Assembly: GCA_009602725.1 (NCBI GenBank)
Contig: WELB01000005.1
Location: 643,109-707,108 of the forward strand
Origin: Spirogloea muscicola
Taxonomy: Eukaryota
Reading direction: 5' to 3'
DNA: 64,000 nt
Under the pieces are notes generated by a model, which ran no database searches, was not told where the DNA came from, and saw only the letters and a program-made list of their open reading frames with translations. A program made the position numbers and the translations under genes. Positions 1 to 17,035 of the stretch are shown here, one piece after another (the first letter of the stretch is position 1; each line of letters opens with the position of its first letter).

Positions 1-93
<93 letters not shown>
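1..93. repeat. (GA)n microsatellite, truncated by the window start
   Basis: Near-perfect GA dinucleotide run read directly. Confidence 0.97.
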
Positions 94-95
<2 letters not shown>

Positions 96-187
96 GGGTG
101 AAGAGAGGAGAAGAGATGCCGTGGTGCCCGGCGGCGGGGCCAAGCGCTTGAATGAGGCTGCTGATATTAGAAGAGCGGCTGTATTAG

Positions 188-372
188 AAGAAGTGCTCGC
201 CCATAAAGAAGAGGGACTGGCAAAGCCAGCCCAAAAAGAATGGACATATCTAAAGCCAAAGAAAAAGGTGCAGAAAAACAACTACACTACAAAAGACGAG
301 ACGATGCAGAGGGAAGCTCAGTACCCGCGAGTGAGCAACATCAAGTCAGAGTAGCTCGCTGCAGAGAAAGCA
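188..372 (-). mobile_element. CRE-type non-LTR retrotransposon 3' end, family A
   Basis: Minus strand encodes ...AASYSDLMLLTRGY* followed by a 3' UTR with a GGGCTGGCTTTGCCAG hairpin ending ...GCACTTCT; closely similar to copies at 25985, 36360 and 37620. Confidence 0.85.
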
Positions 373-1090
373 CGCGGTGCGCATGAAATTGAAAGGGAGG
401 CCAATCCTAGCCTGACAAAATGTCCTGTTGACTGGGTAATGAGCTGGCTAAGAGGGACACAAAATATCCCCGAGGAGCACATGCATATCTGACAAGCTAT
501 ACTGAGGCGCCAAACCACCACCACAAAAGCCGTTAGCCTGGGCTAACGCACGACCAGCGCGCTGGTGTATCGCGAGTGCCTGGGAGCGCCGTAGACTCAA
601 TGATAGCCGCATTCTATAGCATGCGACGATGGCTTGAGGGACGCTAGAAATGCCCTAAGCTACCCGCGCGACTACGTCGGCGGGCATCGACATGCAGTGC
701 CAGGCGATGGAGGAGGGAAGACCACTTCGTTCCGTAGCCGCCGTATATGTCCATGGCGCATGGGAAGAAGTGGTCGCCCCGGGTTTGGTCATTACAGTGC
801 CTCTCCTTCTTCCTCTCCGCATGATGTGTCGCCCAGCCTGGCACAGTAGGTATGGGTGCCCCTGGTTGGGATGCGTCGATGAGAACGACGCCGAGGAGAA
901 GACGAGGCCCAGCACTCCGGGGGGTGGCCACCACATCCAGACGCCTAACGTAAGGCCTGCCTGCAGGGAAAGAGGCACTCTGCCGAGACCCAGAGGTAAT
1001 AGCCAAGCCAGATGCATACACGTGTTCGAGACAGAGCCCCAAGCGCGGGGGGCGCGCCGGGGCCGGGTGCATGCACGAGCACGTGGGGCC
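366..1090 (-). mobile_element. CRE-type retrotransposon endonuclease/3' fragment, family D
   Basis: RRLDVVA...PRLLLGVVLID restriction-like endonuclease segment and the 3' UTR ending GCGCACCGCGTGCTTTCT; inverted homologue of about 3900-4506. Confidence 0.8.
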
Positions 1091-1254
1091 CGCGCCTCCC
1101 CCGCTACGCGCCGCTGGCGAGGCGACAAAAGAGACCAGCGAGATAGATGCTTCCCCCCGAGTCCGCCGGCAGCAGCCCGCCTTACAATTGCCCGCGCAAT
1201 TATCGGGGGGCCTCCAAGAGGAGAGTTGAAGCAGCGCTCAACCCCGGGCTGACG

Positions 1255-1525
1255 GCTCCATACGCGGCGGGTCGACATGGTGGCAACCACGCCGGGCGGT
1301 AGCTCTCGAATCATTGCCGACGTGATCATCACAGACGTGGTTGACCGCTTCACTTCGGAGCTGCCTGCTCCGAAGCGCCTGTCAATTTCACTCCAGCGGT
1401 CCATGGCCCACGCCTTGCTCTGCGAGCTGGCCGTGCTCTAGCTACAGCCTCTGGCTTTCGTCAGGGGAATTGCTTTCTGGCTGCTAGTCTTTCTTGTCTA
1501 CGGGTCCTCACTAGAGCTTACTAAG
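1255..1525 (+). mobile_element. Internally deleted CRE-type endonuclease/C-terminal fragment
   Basis: RRVDMVATTPGG..RIIADV, then SLQRSMAHAL and a terminal ...LTRAY* variant. Confidence 0.65.
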
Positions 1526-1559
1526 TGGTTATCCTACTGGGAAAGCTCCGCGAAAGCGC

Positions 1560-4506
1560 TTTTGACCCCTTAGACGGCAGCCCGGCACCCCAGTGCTGGC
1601 AACCCCCTTCCCCAGCTCCCTCGCCGGCTCAGTGGCGTTGCGCAAGCTCCTCGACCTGGATGCAGTTCTTCTCGAGCCCAGCCTGCCACCCTTGAGGCAT
1701 GTTCCACATTGGGCTCGGCCCCACCTGCAGCGTGCAACCCGGCCTATCCTCACTCGCATGGCGCGCAGCAGTTTTGATGACACCGCCTGGACGGTCTTCC
1801 AGCTCCTCCCTCGACTAGTCCTGGAACCTTTAGCAAGTGGACCAGGCCAGCGAGCTGTGCTACTGGCGTGCTGCCAACTCCTTGAGGGCGGTGCATGGGA
1901 GCAGCTCTTGGAAGAGCATCGGGCTGCTGTCTAGGTGTCCAACGCCAATCGGCCGACCCCTGCCACCCCAGCCGCAACAGCCGTCCGTCGCGCCATACGT
2001 TTTGGCCGTGCCGGGGATCTCTCACGCGCCGCCCAAGCCTTGGATCCAGCTACACCAACACCCCACAACGCCGACACTGACTGCCCTGCTGGCCCTTCAT
2101 CCCCCAGCCCACAATCCCCTTCCGCCCTGGCTCGACGATTTTCAGCCCCCAATACCAGTGGAGCTCGATCCGGCTGCTCTGCGGTCAGCGCTGTAACGGA
2201 GCCGGAAAGCTGCAGCTGGCGGGCCATCGGGCTGGCTGTTGAAACATCTCCGGGGCGTACGCCCCATCGCTATGGGCGAGGTGCTCACACGCCTGGCCTC
2301 CAAGGCACTCTTCCAGCAGCATAGGGAAGCGGCCCAGCTTCACTTCTTCCACACCAGTTCGGCGTGGGGCTCTCTGCAGGAGCATCAGCAGTTGTCTATG
2401 GCCTGAGGGTGGCCACGGACTCCAACCCCAGCTGGATGGCCCTCTCCGTCGACGTCAAGAACGCTTTCAACTGCGTCGCCCGCGGAGCAATTGCAGAGGA
2501 GCTCCACACTTTCTTCCCCTCGCTTGTCCCGTTCTTTCGTTGCACGCATGGGGCTGCATCTGGTTTACTATGGGGAGCGGGCACCTTGCGAATTGTCCTT
2601 ACATCATGCACGGGCACCCGACAGGGCGACCCTCTCGGCGGTTTCCTATTTGCTTTGGCACATTCACATGCGCTGCGCACCACGGCGGCGGCCCACCTAG
2701 AGGTACTTCTGCCTAGCTATGCAGATGACACAACTTTGGTGGGCCCCCTGCAGATGTCACCCGAGCCTTCAGCACCTTGGAGTGTGAGCTACACTCTCTC
2801 GGCCTCACAGTCCGCCCCAACAAATGTACAGCGTGGTCGCCAGTCGGCATCCCTCCCACCCTTCAGCTTCCGGTAGGGTGCCAGAACCCCCCCTTGGCAT
2901 GGTGGTGCTTGGAGTCCCTCTGGGCGAGGCAGCATATGTGGGGCAGGAGGTGCAGGCAACCATCGAGCGACAGTTTAAGACTCTCCCAGCCCTCCCCACA
3001 TTGCATGACTCCCAGCTGGCTGTTGCTACCCTAACCGGGTGCGTGGCCCAACGCCCAACCTACCTGCAGCGGGCAGTTCCTCCCAGCACCGCTTTAGACA
3101 ACATATTCGCCGCTGCGGATGTCAGCCTCCAACAGGCTCTGCTCGGCCTGCTGGACCACCCGGCACTCCCTTCAACGCCTGCCGCCCTCCTACAAATGAC
3201 ACTCCCCATAGGCAAGGGCGGCCTTGGCTGCCGCTCTCTGGCTCACCTGGCTCGCGCGGCGCACCTGGGGTGTTGGGCCCAAGTGGCCTCCACAGTTTCA
3301 ACGCGCTTCATCAGGAGGGGTCAGCCAGTACTGGCACCAGCAATAGCTGGCGTAGCAAATGGGACCCTGTCCTTTCAAACCCTCCTCTCTGACATTCGCA
3401 GAGACCTTCTCCGCTCCTTCCCATCACTTGCGGCAGATCAGGTCGACTTTGCAGCGTGGGCAAGATGCTCTGACCTGAAGGCTCAAGCTCGCTTTTCACG
3501 CGCAGCCAATGAGCGGGCCATGAGCCACCTCAAAGCTTTGCTCAAGGAGGATAAGCGTGGGCTCCCTCGTCTCCACTCCATCAGCTCTCCGGGGGACGTC
3601 GGAGTGGCTCAACGCTTTGCCGATTTATGAATCCCTCCGGCTCTCCGACAACCTCTTCCGGATGGCTGTCCACCACCATCTCGGCCTCCCTCCACTTTGT
3701 TTGGCTGGCATTCGACAGTGTGATTGTGGCCATCGTTCGGAGGATGAGATATCTTTGGCAGCCCACATTCTTCGATGTTTTGAGGGAAGTGAACGTAATA
3801 CCTCCCACAATCTTCTCAGAGATGCTATGTATGGCTTGGTGCGCGAGGCAGGTTATCGTCGCGGCCATGGAGGTGCCGGGCATTATGCCGGTGCTCCAGA
3901 AGCGTGGCAGGCCTTACGTTAGGCGTCTGGAGGTGGTGGCCAACCCCCGGAGTGCTGGGCCTCGTCTTCTCCTCGGCGTCGTTCTCATCGACGCATCCCA
4001 ACTAGGGGCACCCACACCGACTGTGCCAGGTTGGGCGACACATCATGCGGAGAGGTAGAAGGAGAGGCACTATAATGACCACCCCCGGGGCGACCACTTC
4101 TTCCCATGCGCCATGGACATACACGGCTGGCGGCTACGGAACGAAGTGGTCTTCCCTCCTCCATCGCCTCGCACTGCATGTCGATGCCCGCCGACGTAGT
4201 CGCGCGGGTAGCTAATGACATTCTTGCGTCCCGCAAGCCATCGTCGCATGCTGTAAAATGCGGCTATCATTGAGTCTACGGCGCTCCCAGGCACTCGCAA
4301 TACACCAGCGCGCTGGTCGTGCGTTAGCCCAGGCTAATGGCTTCCGTGGTGGTGGTTTGGCGCCTCAGTATAGCATGTCAGATATGCATGTGCTCACTCG
4401 GGGAAATTAGTGTCCCCCTTAGCCAGCTCATCACCCAGTTAACAGGACATTTGTAAGGCTAGAGATATGGCCTCCCTTTCAAAGTCATGCGCACCGCGCG
4501 CCTTCT
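1560..4506 (+). mobile_element. Longest CRE-type non-LTR retrotransposon copy (RT + Zn knuckle + restriction-like endonuclease), frameshifted
   Basis: RT motifs QFGVG, LSVDVKNAFN, GTRQGDPLGG and YADD (about 2355-2730); LPIGKGGLG; CDCG...HILRC...HNLLRD knuckle (about 3715-3825); RRLEVV endonuclease segment; family-D 3' UTR ending GCGCGCCTTCT. Several frameshifts and stops. Confidence 0.9.
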
Positions 4507-4509
4507 CTC

Positions 4510-5650
4510 TTTGGACCTTGTCAATCCACTTGAGGCTAGCTGTTCACAGCCCTTGCCCCCTTCTGGCAGAGCCACTTTCTTCAAAGGCTGGGCATGCAGC
4601 AGCAAACGCTGCTCGTGGCAAAGAGGCCAAGACGCGGACCACCTGGAAGGGATTTCGTTTTGCTGGCCATCAACGTGCACGGTGCTTCCATGTGCAGTGG
4701 CTAGACCTTGTTGACCGAGCATGCGTGCCGCACTGTGACACGCAGGCGGGGCGAGCAGGCCGACTTCAACGTCGCTGCCTCGCTAGTGCGCAGGTCTTTG
4801 CATGTGCCTGTCCATCTGCCTCCAGTGGTTCTAGGCCCACACGTTGCATTTGCGTGCCGGCCGTGCTCTAGCTGCAGCCTCTGGCTGTCGTCAATGGGAC
4901 TGCTTTCCGGGGGCTATGATCTCTGACTTGCGACTACGATCTCGACATTACTAAGTGAAGATCCCACATGGTCCTTGCTTAGCAATGTCTTCCAGCGCTT
5001 GCCGGCCCTTTGGACCTTGTCGATTCTTTTTGGGCTGGCTTATCGCGAACCTCGGCCCCGTCAAGAGAGCCACTTCCTCTTTTAAACGGCTTGTGCTTCC
5101 AGCCGCAACCCCCAAGACCCACGGGTCCGTGAGGCTCATGATCACGGGACGCGACCACCACGGGCTCGACGCCCATACCGACAAATTTGCCGAGGACGCG
5201 GGGCCACGCGGCCGGCGAGGCTGCAGGCGCCGCGGAGCGCCAGCTTGCGGAACACATCGGCTTGCTGGGCTCCTACTTCCTCGTCTGTGGGCCACCTGAC
5301 CAGGCATGGCTGCCGATGCGTCGGCGCCTTGGCTGACCCCACGGTGGGACGCCCAGCCCCAGTCTTTGTTGATGCCGTACCTCCTCCACGAGTGGCTGGC
5401 AGTTGCGCAGCCCCTCCCTCAACCCCCATCTCCCTATGCACAACGCCGCGCCAAGACACGGAACACCTATGCCGAGCTGGACGTAGTAGTGGAAGGAAGT
5501 CCACGCGCCTCCGCTTGGTAGCACAGGGCTCGGGGCTCCTCGTGGGCTCCGTGGCCTCCTCGATTTCAACTCCTTCGAGCTCATGGGTACTGGCAGGTCT
5601 GACCCGCAGCTCAAGCAGGTAGGAGCCCGAGTTTTGCTCCGCACTTGGCC
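4510..5650 (+). mobile_element. Cluster of degenerate CRE-type fragments and 3' ends
   Basis: CACAGCCCTTGCCCCC...GAGCCACTT module near 4545, LHLRAGRAL-type segment at about 4840-4900, further GGGCTGGC module near 5030; the distal part is only weakly recognisable. Confidence 0.5.
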
Positions 5651-7150
5651 CGTCCAGGACTACTCATCCGGAGGCTTAGAAGCGTCTGTACAATGCTGCA
5701 TGCGCTTGGACGGACCCGTGAACTGAGCAATTCGTTTACCCTTCCTAGATTCTGGCTGTCTGCTGCTGTTCGTGAGGGATGCTCTTCAAGAGCTAGCAAC
5801 TCTTTAAGTTGCTTCTTCTGGCTTTAACAGCCGTTTCTCGTCTTCCCCACTTTGATTAACCACCTGGCCGTCTGCCCCTCTCTAAGTGACCAGCAGACTG
5901 CGCCCTTGGCAGCACATGCGCAGGTCCGGTCATGGTGATGGACACATATCAGACCAGCACAGGCTCAGCCTGCACCCAGGTTGGCAGCAGCCATTTGCTA
6001 GCACGGGAGCAGGCACGGTTGCTTCAAATTCAATAAAGCCAATGTGCCGGGTTCCTCAAAACGGACTTCTCCCACGGCCCAATAAGCTGAATCCAACAAC
6101 TAACCAGCTCAAGGTGCTGCTTCACCATGAGATCACGATCAATATCAACAAGCTGCAATCACCCGTCCACCAGCCTATGCTCCTCTAGTGTCGGGCCTTA
6201 TCTGGAACTGGTCGCCTAGCCCAGTCAGAGCCCATCTCCTATAAGGAATTGCTCCTTACCATCAGCTGCCTGACTGAGCTCGCAACAAGGAGGTCGGGCG
6301 CTGCTGACTAGCGGTTCCTTGTCAATGTGGACCTTTTCTACAATGTGCTGGTTGCAACATGTTCCGCAGCACCAGTTGACTTGCTGCTCAATCTCTTGTT
6401 GAGCGTAATCTGTGCTCTTATTGTAGCGGAGACTGAGCCAATCTCTGAGAAGGATGTACACAAGCTTCGACTTGTGATGTCGGCTGTGAATGCAGGTCGC
6501 CTGCGACAACTGGGATGCTGAACCACTGGCATCTGTAAGGTGCCAGCCTGGCTATAACACACAAAAGTGAATTTGAGCTGGCACGGGTTTCAAGCGCTTC
6601 CCATGACAACAGGCGTAAGCCCCTGAATATTTGTGAGCTGCAAGTGATAACATGACCGGTTGTGGTCATGGAGCTTTGACATCAGGGCTGGGCAGATGCA
6701 CGTGCAAAGCCTGTAAGGTGCCTGCATTCACATGCCTGTGAGCCATGTTAGCGGTGTCTACGTGTATAGCATGCTGACGCAACCTTGCACTTGATATATG
6801 TGGCTGTCGACTCAAAGTCATTCTCGACATACTATTTGTTCTATGGACAAGTCCTTATATTCTCAAAGAGATTTGCAGCTTCACAGCAACTCTGTGTGTT
6901 TAGGGTGTGCTACCTACAAACCTTCCACCTCTTGTATGACTTCAACAATCGCTCACGCCAATCCCCACAGCTCAGAATGGGGTGGCTGAGGAGCTCTTCC
7001 AACTCTGATGAGAGGCAGGTAGCAGAGGATGAGACCATGAAGTGCAGGCTGGCAGTACACCTCCTAAAGGTGCTCTTATTGCAACACTGTTGTCTTTGTG
7101 CAAAGATCAACAGCATACGATCTCTTTCCTCTTCAGATATGAACAATGTG
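5650..7150 (-). other. Possible exons of an unidentified gene or pseudogene
   Basis: AG/GT-bounded open segments such as LVDIDRDLMVKQHLEL (about 6105-6152) and ATCIHSRHHKSKLVYILLRDWL (about 6500); no family recognised and no coherent gene model. Confidence 0.25.
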
Positions 7151-7204
7151 TAATTGACGATCTCAATCACTGACCTTGGATGTCTTCACGTAGTCTTGAA
7201 GTCC

Positions 7205-8788
7205 TCATCGTTGCATCTCATCGACCGCCTTGACAATTTCCGTTGGGTTGGTCTCAAAAACCTGGCCACCAACAATAATCTCGTCCAAAATCTGGTGAAC
7301 CTGCACCACGTTACGTTGGTCCGTTCCTCAGGCTGTATGCACCAGGGCAAGAAACCATGCAAGACCCCTGCCAAGCACAAATAGACACCATGGCTGCATG
7401 GGGCAGAGGCGACCTTGATGAAGTTGTAAGCAATGTCCAACTCACAGACGTTCGAGAAAGACAAGTCAAGTGTCTCCACAATCACTGCAGGCCAGGAGGA
7501 GGTGCAGCAGTCACACGTGTACCCTAGCTAAGATGATCCGCAAGACGACAACAATGGACCCTTGAAGGAACTGGCGTGCTAGAAGGCAATCGCACTTGCA
7601 CTTGGGCTCTGCAGCGATTCATACCGCACCTTGAATCAGGTCAAGGATTCCAAGCTCGCTCTCCGCGTTGTCCACAATGCAAGCAAAGTACAGCGTCGCG
7701 AATTTGCGGTACACCACTTTCGTGCCCTGCCAATCATCACCAACTAAATCATCACCAACTAAGGAAGAACGATCTGCCTTGTTGCGGCTTAAAGGTTTCC
7801 TACACTTTCACCCACTGCTTGTACAGTGCTTGGCCATGGTCCAGCAACCGGCAGTGCTTGTATATAGCCAGTCCTGCTCTGGAGCTCTCTGCCTATTGGA
7901 GCTCTCTTGCCGTGTACCCTCCCCAGAGGTCCTCTGGTGATTGCAAAAGGAAGTCACTTCAAGCACAATCACTCTTAAGGAGGTATCGTAAAAGGAACAA
8001 GCAGTGCCCCAATCATTTCTCCAAGGCGGTTTCTCTACCTCCCCAAAGGTGGCCTCGTCGGCGACAAAGTTGCACCACGTGTGCTCTCGCTTGGACAGGA
8101 CTGCACCACACAGCTGCGGGTGTCAAATAAGGCCCTGGGACCTCCTGCACCTTCCCTCTCATAGGGTGACACTCTTGTGTCTGTGCCTAGCAGGAAAGAA
8201 ATTGCCATGGGTCCCTTTCGGCACCAAAGTGGCGAGCTGTTGGCGCTGTTTGGTCTTGGTATGCTCTACACTTCTCTCAAGCTGGTCAACACTGTGCTGT
8301 CATTCACGCTGGTCTTGGAAAGCCAATCGAGACAGCGCTACCGCAATCGGCAGTGGCGCCAGATCACGAATGACAAAGCAGCTCCCAGGAAAAAACTGGC
8401 CAGCACAGCGAGGTGCGGGGAGAGCTCCGGAGCAGATGCGGCTCATGAGCATGCAGAAGAGGGCCCGGAAGTTCACTCGCGCACAGCTTGCGGAGCATCT
8501 CCTGCTGCTTCTCGGGCTTCTGCGGGGGCGACGGGCGGAAGCAGGGGGGTTGAGCTGCCAGCCCGCACAGGAGAGGCGTCGTCGTGCAGCTGCGGAGCCT
8601 TGTACAACAGGCAGGGTTTAGGGTTTGAGAGCTTGGGGGTTTAGGGTTGGGGTTGAGGGGGGGGCGAGGGCGGCCACTGGGCGGCAGCAGGAGGCGGGGG
8701 GCGGCGGCGGGGCGCTCGCCTGCGCGGCGTAGAACTTGGTGAGGCGCGGCTTGCCGGCGCCGTTGAAAATGAGGACCGCCAGGATCAT
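7205..8788 (-). CDS. AP3S: Adaptor protein complex AP-3 sigma subunit (6 exons)
   Basis: Spliced translation MILAVLIFNGAGKPRLTKFYAAQ/KPEKQQEMLRKLCA/LSKREHTWCNFVADEATFGE/GTKVVYRKFATLYFACIVDNAESELGILDLIQ/IVETLDLSFSNVCELDIAYNFIK/VHQILDEIIVGGQVFETN matches clathrin-adaptor sigma-3. The 3' end is uncertain. Confidence 0.9.
8613..8648. promoter_or_regulatory. Telo-box-like motifs (AAACCCTA) in AP3S intron 1
   Basis: AGGGTTTAGGGTTT at 8613-8626 and TTTAGGGTT at 8640-8648; regulatory role inferred from plant telo-box knowledge. Confidence 0.4.
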
Positions 8789-9076
8789 CGCCACCGCCGC
8801 CGCCGCCCTGGCGCGCGGGACAGGCGGCGGCTCCTGCGGCGCGCAGTGCGGGGAGGCGCAGACACAGCACCCGCTGATACAGCCGTGAGCATGCTCTGCG
8901 TGCACCTGGCTGGCTTTGACAGCCGCTGTTTCCGTTAAATCAGTTGGGGGGATTTCATTTAGGGGTTGCGCCTCCAGCCTAAACCCCAAACCCGGGCAGG
9001 CGCGCGCCCCGCCCCCGCCCCGCGTTGCGCGGCGCGACTCGCGGCGCGATCGGCGGGGCAGAGGCCCGCCGGCGCC

Positions 9077-14654
<5,578 letters not shown>

Positions 14655-16492
14655 CGAAGAGACTGTCCTTCAGCTTGCAGGCAAGACATCACCTCAAGCT
14701 GCTGGCCGGAAGTGCACACGCATCTGCTGCACGCCAGCTCACTTGGCCTGCAGTTCATACTCTAAGAATTGCGGCATGCACAATCTGCACCTTGTGTCAG
14801 AAGCCTTAGCACATCTTGTGCAACAGTCAGGCAGTGTGCTGCTGCTGGGCTGACCTTCACAGCAGCTTTGTCTTTTCAGCAACCGATTGCCAGGCAGTTG
14901 AAGCCTTGGTAATGAATGAGGAGGAGTTCGATCCACAGGCACCAGCCCCAAGGTTGGTGTCATTCCGCGATTGCATGTTGATATGTCTTGAAAGTCTTTC
15001 AAGTCATAATTTACAATTGCAGACTCTGACACACTGATGGAGGTGTTTTTGTACACTGAGGTACTCAAGCAACTGTCCATTCCCAATGCTTCAGCAACGT
15101 TCTGGAAATGTCTCTTCAGTACCTAAAACATTGTCTAATCAGCAAGCCCATTTGCTGACAGGTGTGATGGCAGGGGTTCTCAGCAGACTCCAAATGTCAG
15201 CTGCCAAGTGGAGGCCCGGGGCTACCGCTGAAGGCGGAGCACTCATGCAAGGGCTAGGCATTTGGGCACACTGAATTGATTGCTGAGAGGAAGGACTCAG
15301 GGCTTGGGGCGCACCTCACCCATGCAGGCCTATGTCTTGAGGTCGCCCTTGCTGCGCAGCACACTGCCATAGTACTGGTTCTTGTCCCCAAATGACGCTG
15401 GAAGCAGCTCCGCCTGCCCTGTACGTAGCATCGTCAGGCCCTGCAGCTCGGATCCAGGCCATGGCTTGCGGCGCGAGCCCCCCGACGAGCGTCCAGTATG
15501 CACAAAATCGCCAGCCCCGCCAGCCCTGCTCGCTGTGAAGCTGGCTCCCAAGCTGGTCACCTTGCAAGCAGCGGAGTGTTGCCGTCGCCGCTGCGCAGGG
15601 CAGCAGCCCCGCTGCCATCGTGGTCAGCCGGCGGATTGCACAGCAGCCGACGCGTAAGCTGAGACAGCTGGGTGGCCCCCTGGATGCAAATGACCTCGGA
15701 GCTTAAGCATTCAATGAGCAAGGCCAAGCATTAGCCAAGTTGTTGACTTCTTGATATTGGCCATTCCTGAATAACACTTGTTGTTGCAGAAGTGGTTGTT
15801 AGGATCCAAATTGGTGCTTTCATCGTGGGGCTTCCCCGCGTGACCTTGTCCTTTTTCTTCAGCTGCCATAGAAGTGGTTCTGGGGATGGCCTTCCACCCA
15901 CGACCTTGTTCATTGTTGTGGGCTTGCTTTCTAGAGCCTCGCCCCCTCTGGAAGAACTGCTTCTTCTCAAAGCCTCCAAACTTGAAACTTGGTGTTGTGT
16001 TGTTTAATTGGTTTGATGGCAATGGCTGTGATTGGCCAGCCCAGTAAAGAATGAACAAAGTCTGAAGGGGCCAGAAAATCGCTAGACCAGAAAAGGACTC
16101 AAATGGCCACTGGGTGCTCAACATCCCCTTCTGAGCAGCTGTCAGAGAAACTAGTATCCGGGCTGCGAGTATTTCTTCTATATACGGACCGTGTCCATTC
16201 CTCTGACTGGCCTCTCATAGTCATTGCGTAAAGTGGAGTAGCCAGTCCTCCTGCGGCGCTTGGGCCGACAAGGCAGGACGTGTGTTTGTCAGTGCCTAGC
16301 TGGGCATGCTGATCTGCCTGCACTCTGGTGCAATGCTCTGGCTGAGCCCCGGAAGTGCGTGTTACAACCCGGGGCCTTCGCCACCTGCCACAGAGGCCGA
16401 CACGCCGAGGCCGCCACCACTGTTGCGGCTCCCTTGGGATATTGTCCACGTTAGGCTTGCCAACTTTTCGCGCTCTATAGAAGGGACACTTC

Positions 16493-16676
16493 GGGCTGGC
16501 TTTTCACAGCCCTTGCTCCCGTTGGAGAGCCACTTCTTCTGTGGAAGAGAAGGCGCGCGATGCGCATGAAATTGAAAGGGAGGCCAATTCAAGCCTTACA
16601 AATGACCTCTTAACTGGGTAATGAGCTGGCTAAGGGGGACACTAATATGCCCAAGGGGGACACTAATATGCCCATG
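16493..16676. mobile_element. Nested tail-to-tail pair of CRE 3' ends (family C on +, family D on -) with target-site duplication
   Basis: GGGCTGGCTTTTCACAGCCC...GAGCCACTTCT, then the reverse complement of the family-D end; flanked by the direct repeat GAAGGGACACTTC (16480-16492 and 16677-16689). Confidence 0.8.
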
Positions 16677-16822
16677 GAAGGGACACTTCCTTTCATCAAA
16701 ACAGCGTCGTCTTGGGGCGCACGCTCCGCTAGCTGCGACCGCCATATCGGGAGCCCGGCGCCGCCATCCTGCTTGCGCGGCGAGCGAGTCGGCACGGTCC
16801 GGAGCACGTCCATGGGTACGCC

Positions 16823-17035
16823 GCGAGGCTAGAGTATGTATTTGCAGCAGATCATGGGAGCATGGCAGATAGGATGAGAACATCCGAAGAGTTCGTCAGA
16901 TACAGGATGAGGATACGTGCCGCATTATACATTGAGAAGCAGCTTATGAGCCATATAGACGACCTCTTAGGAGTGATAGGGATAGGAGGCTTCTCAAAGG
17001 ACAGGTGGTATCATATCAGAGCCAGCCACGGATGA
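16823..17035 (+). pseudogene. C-terminal fragment of a B-family DNA polymerase, probably viral
   Basis: In-frame translation ARLEYVFAADHGSMADRMRTSEEFVRYRMRIRAALYIEKQLMSHIDDLLGVIGIG...* resembles the PolB C-terminal pattern R(I/L)xYV...YYxxKQLxxP(I/L)xx(L/I)L; by-eye match only. Confidence 0.6.

Noticed and set aside
2364..2876. RT as a bacterial group II intron, retron or DGR
   Set aside because: It is followed by a Zn knuckle and restriction-like endonuclease with many 5'-truncated copies, which is the non-LTR retrotransposon pattern.
8613..8650. Interstitial telomere
   Set aside because: Only two to three imperfect TTTAGGG units; too short to be a telomere remnant.
15316..16124. Minus-strand ORFs next to the viral-like island
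   Set aside because: No recognisable motifs and separated from the island by retrotransposon ends; cannot be assigned.
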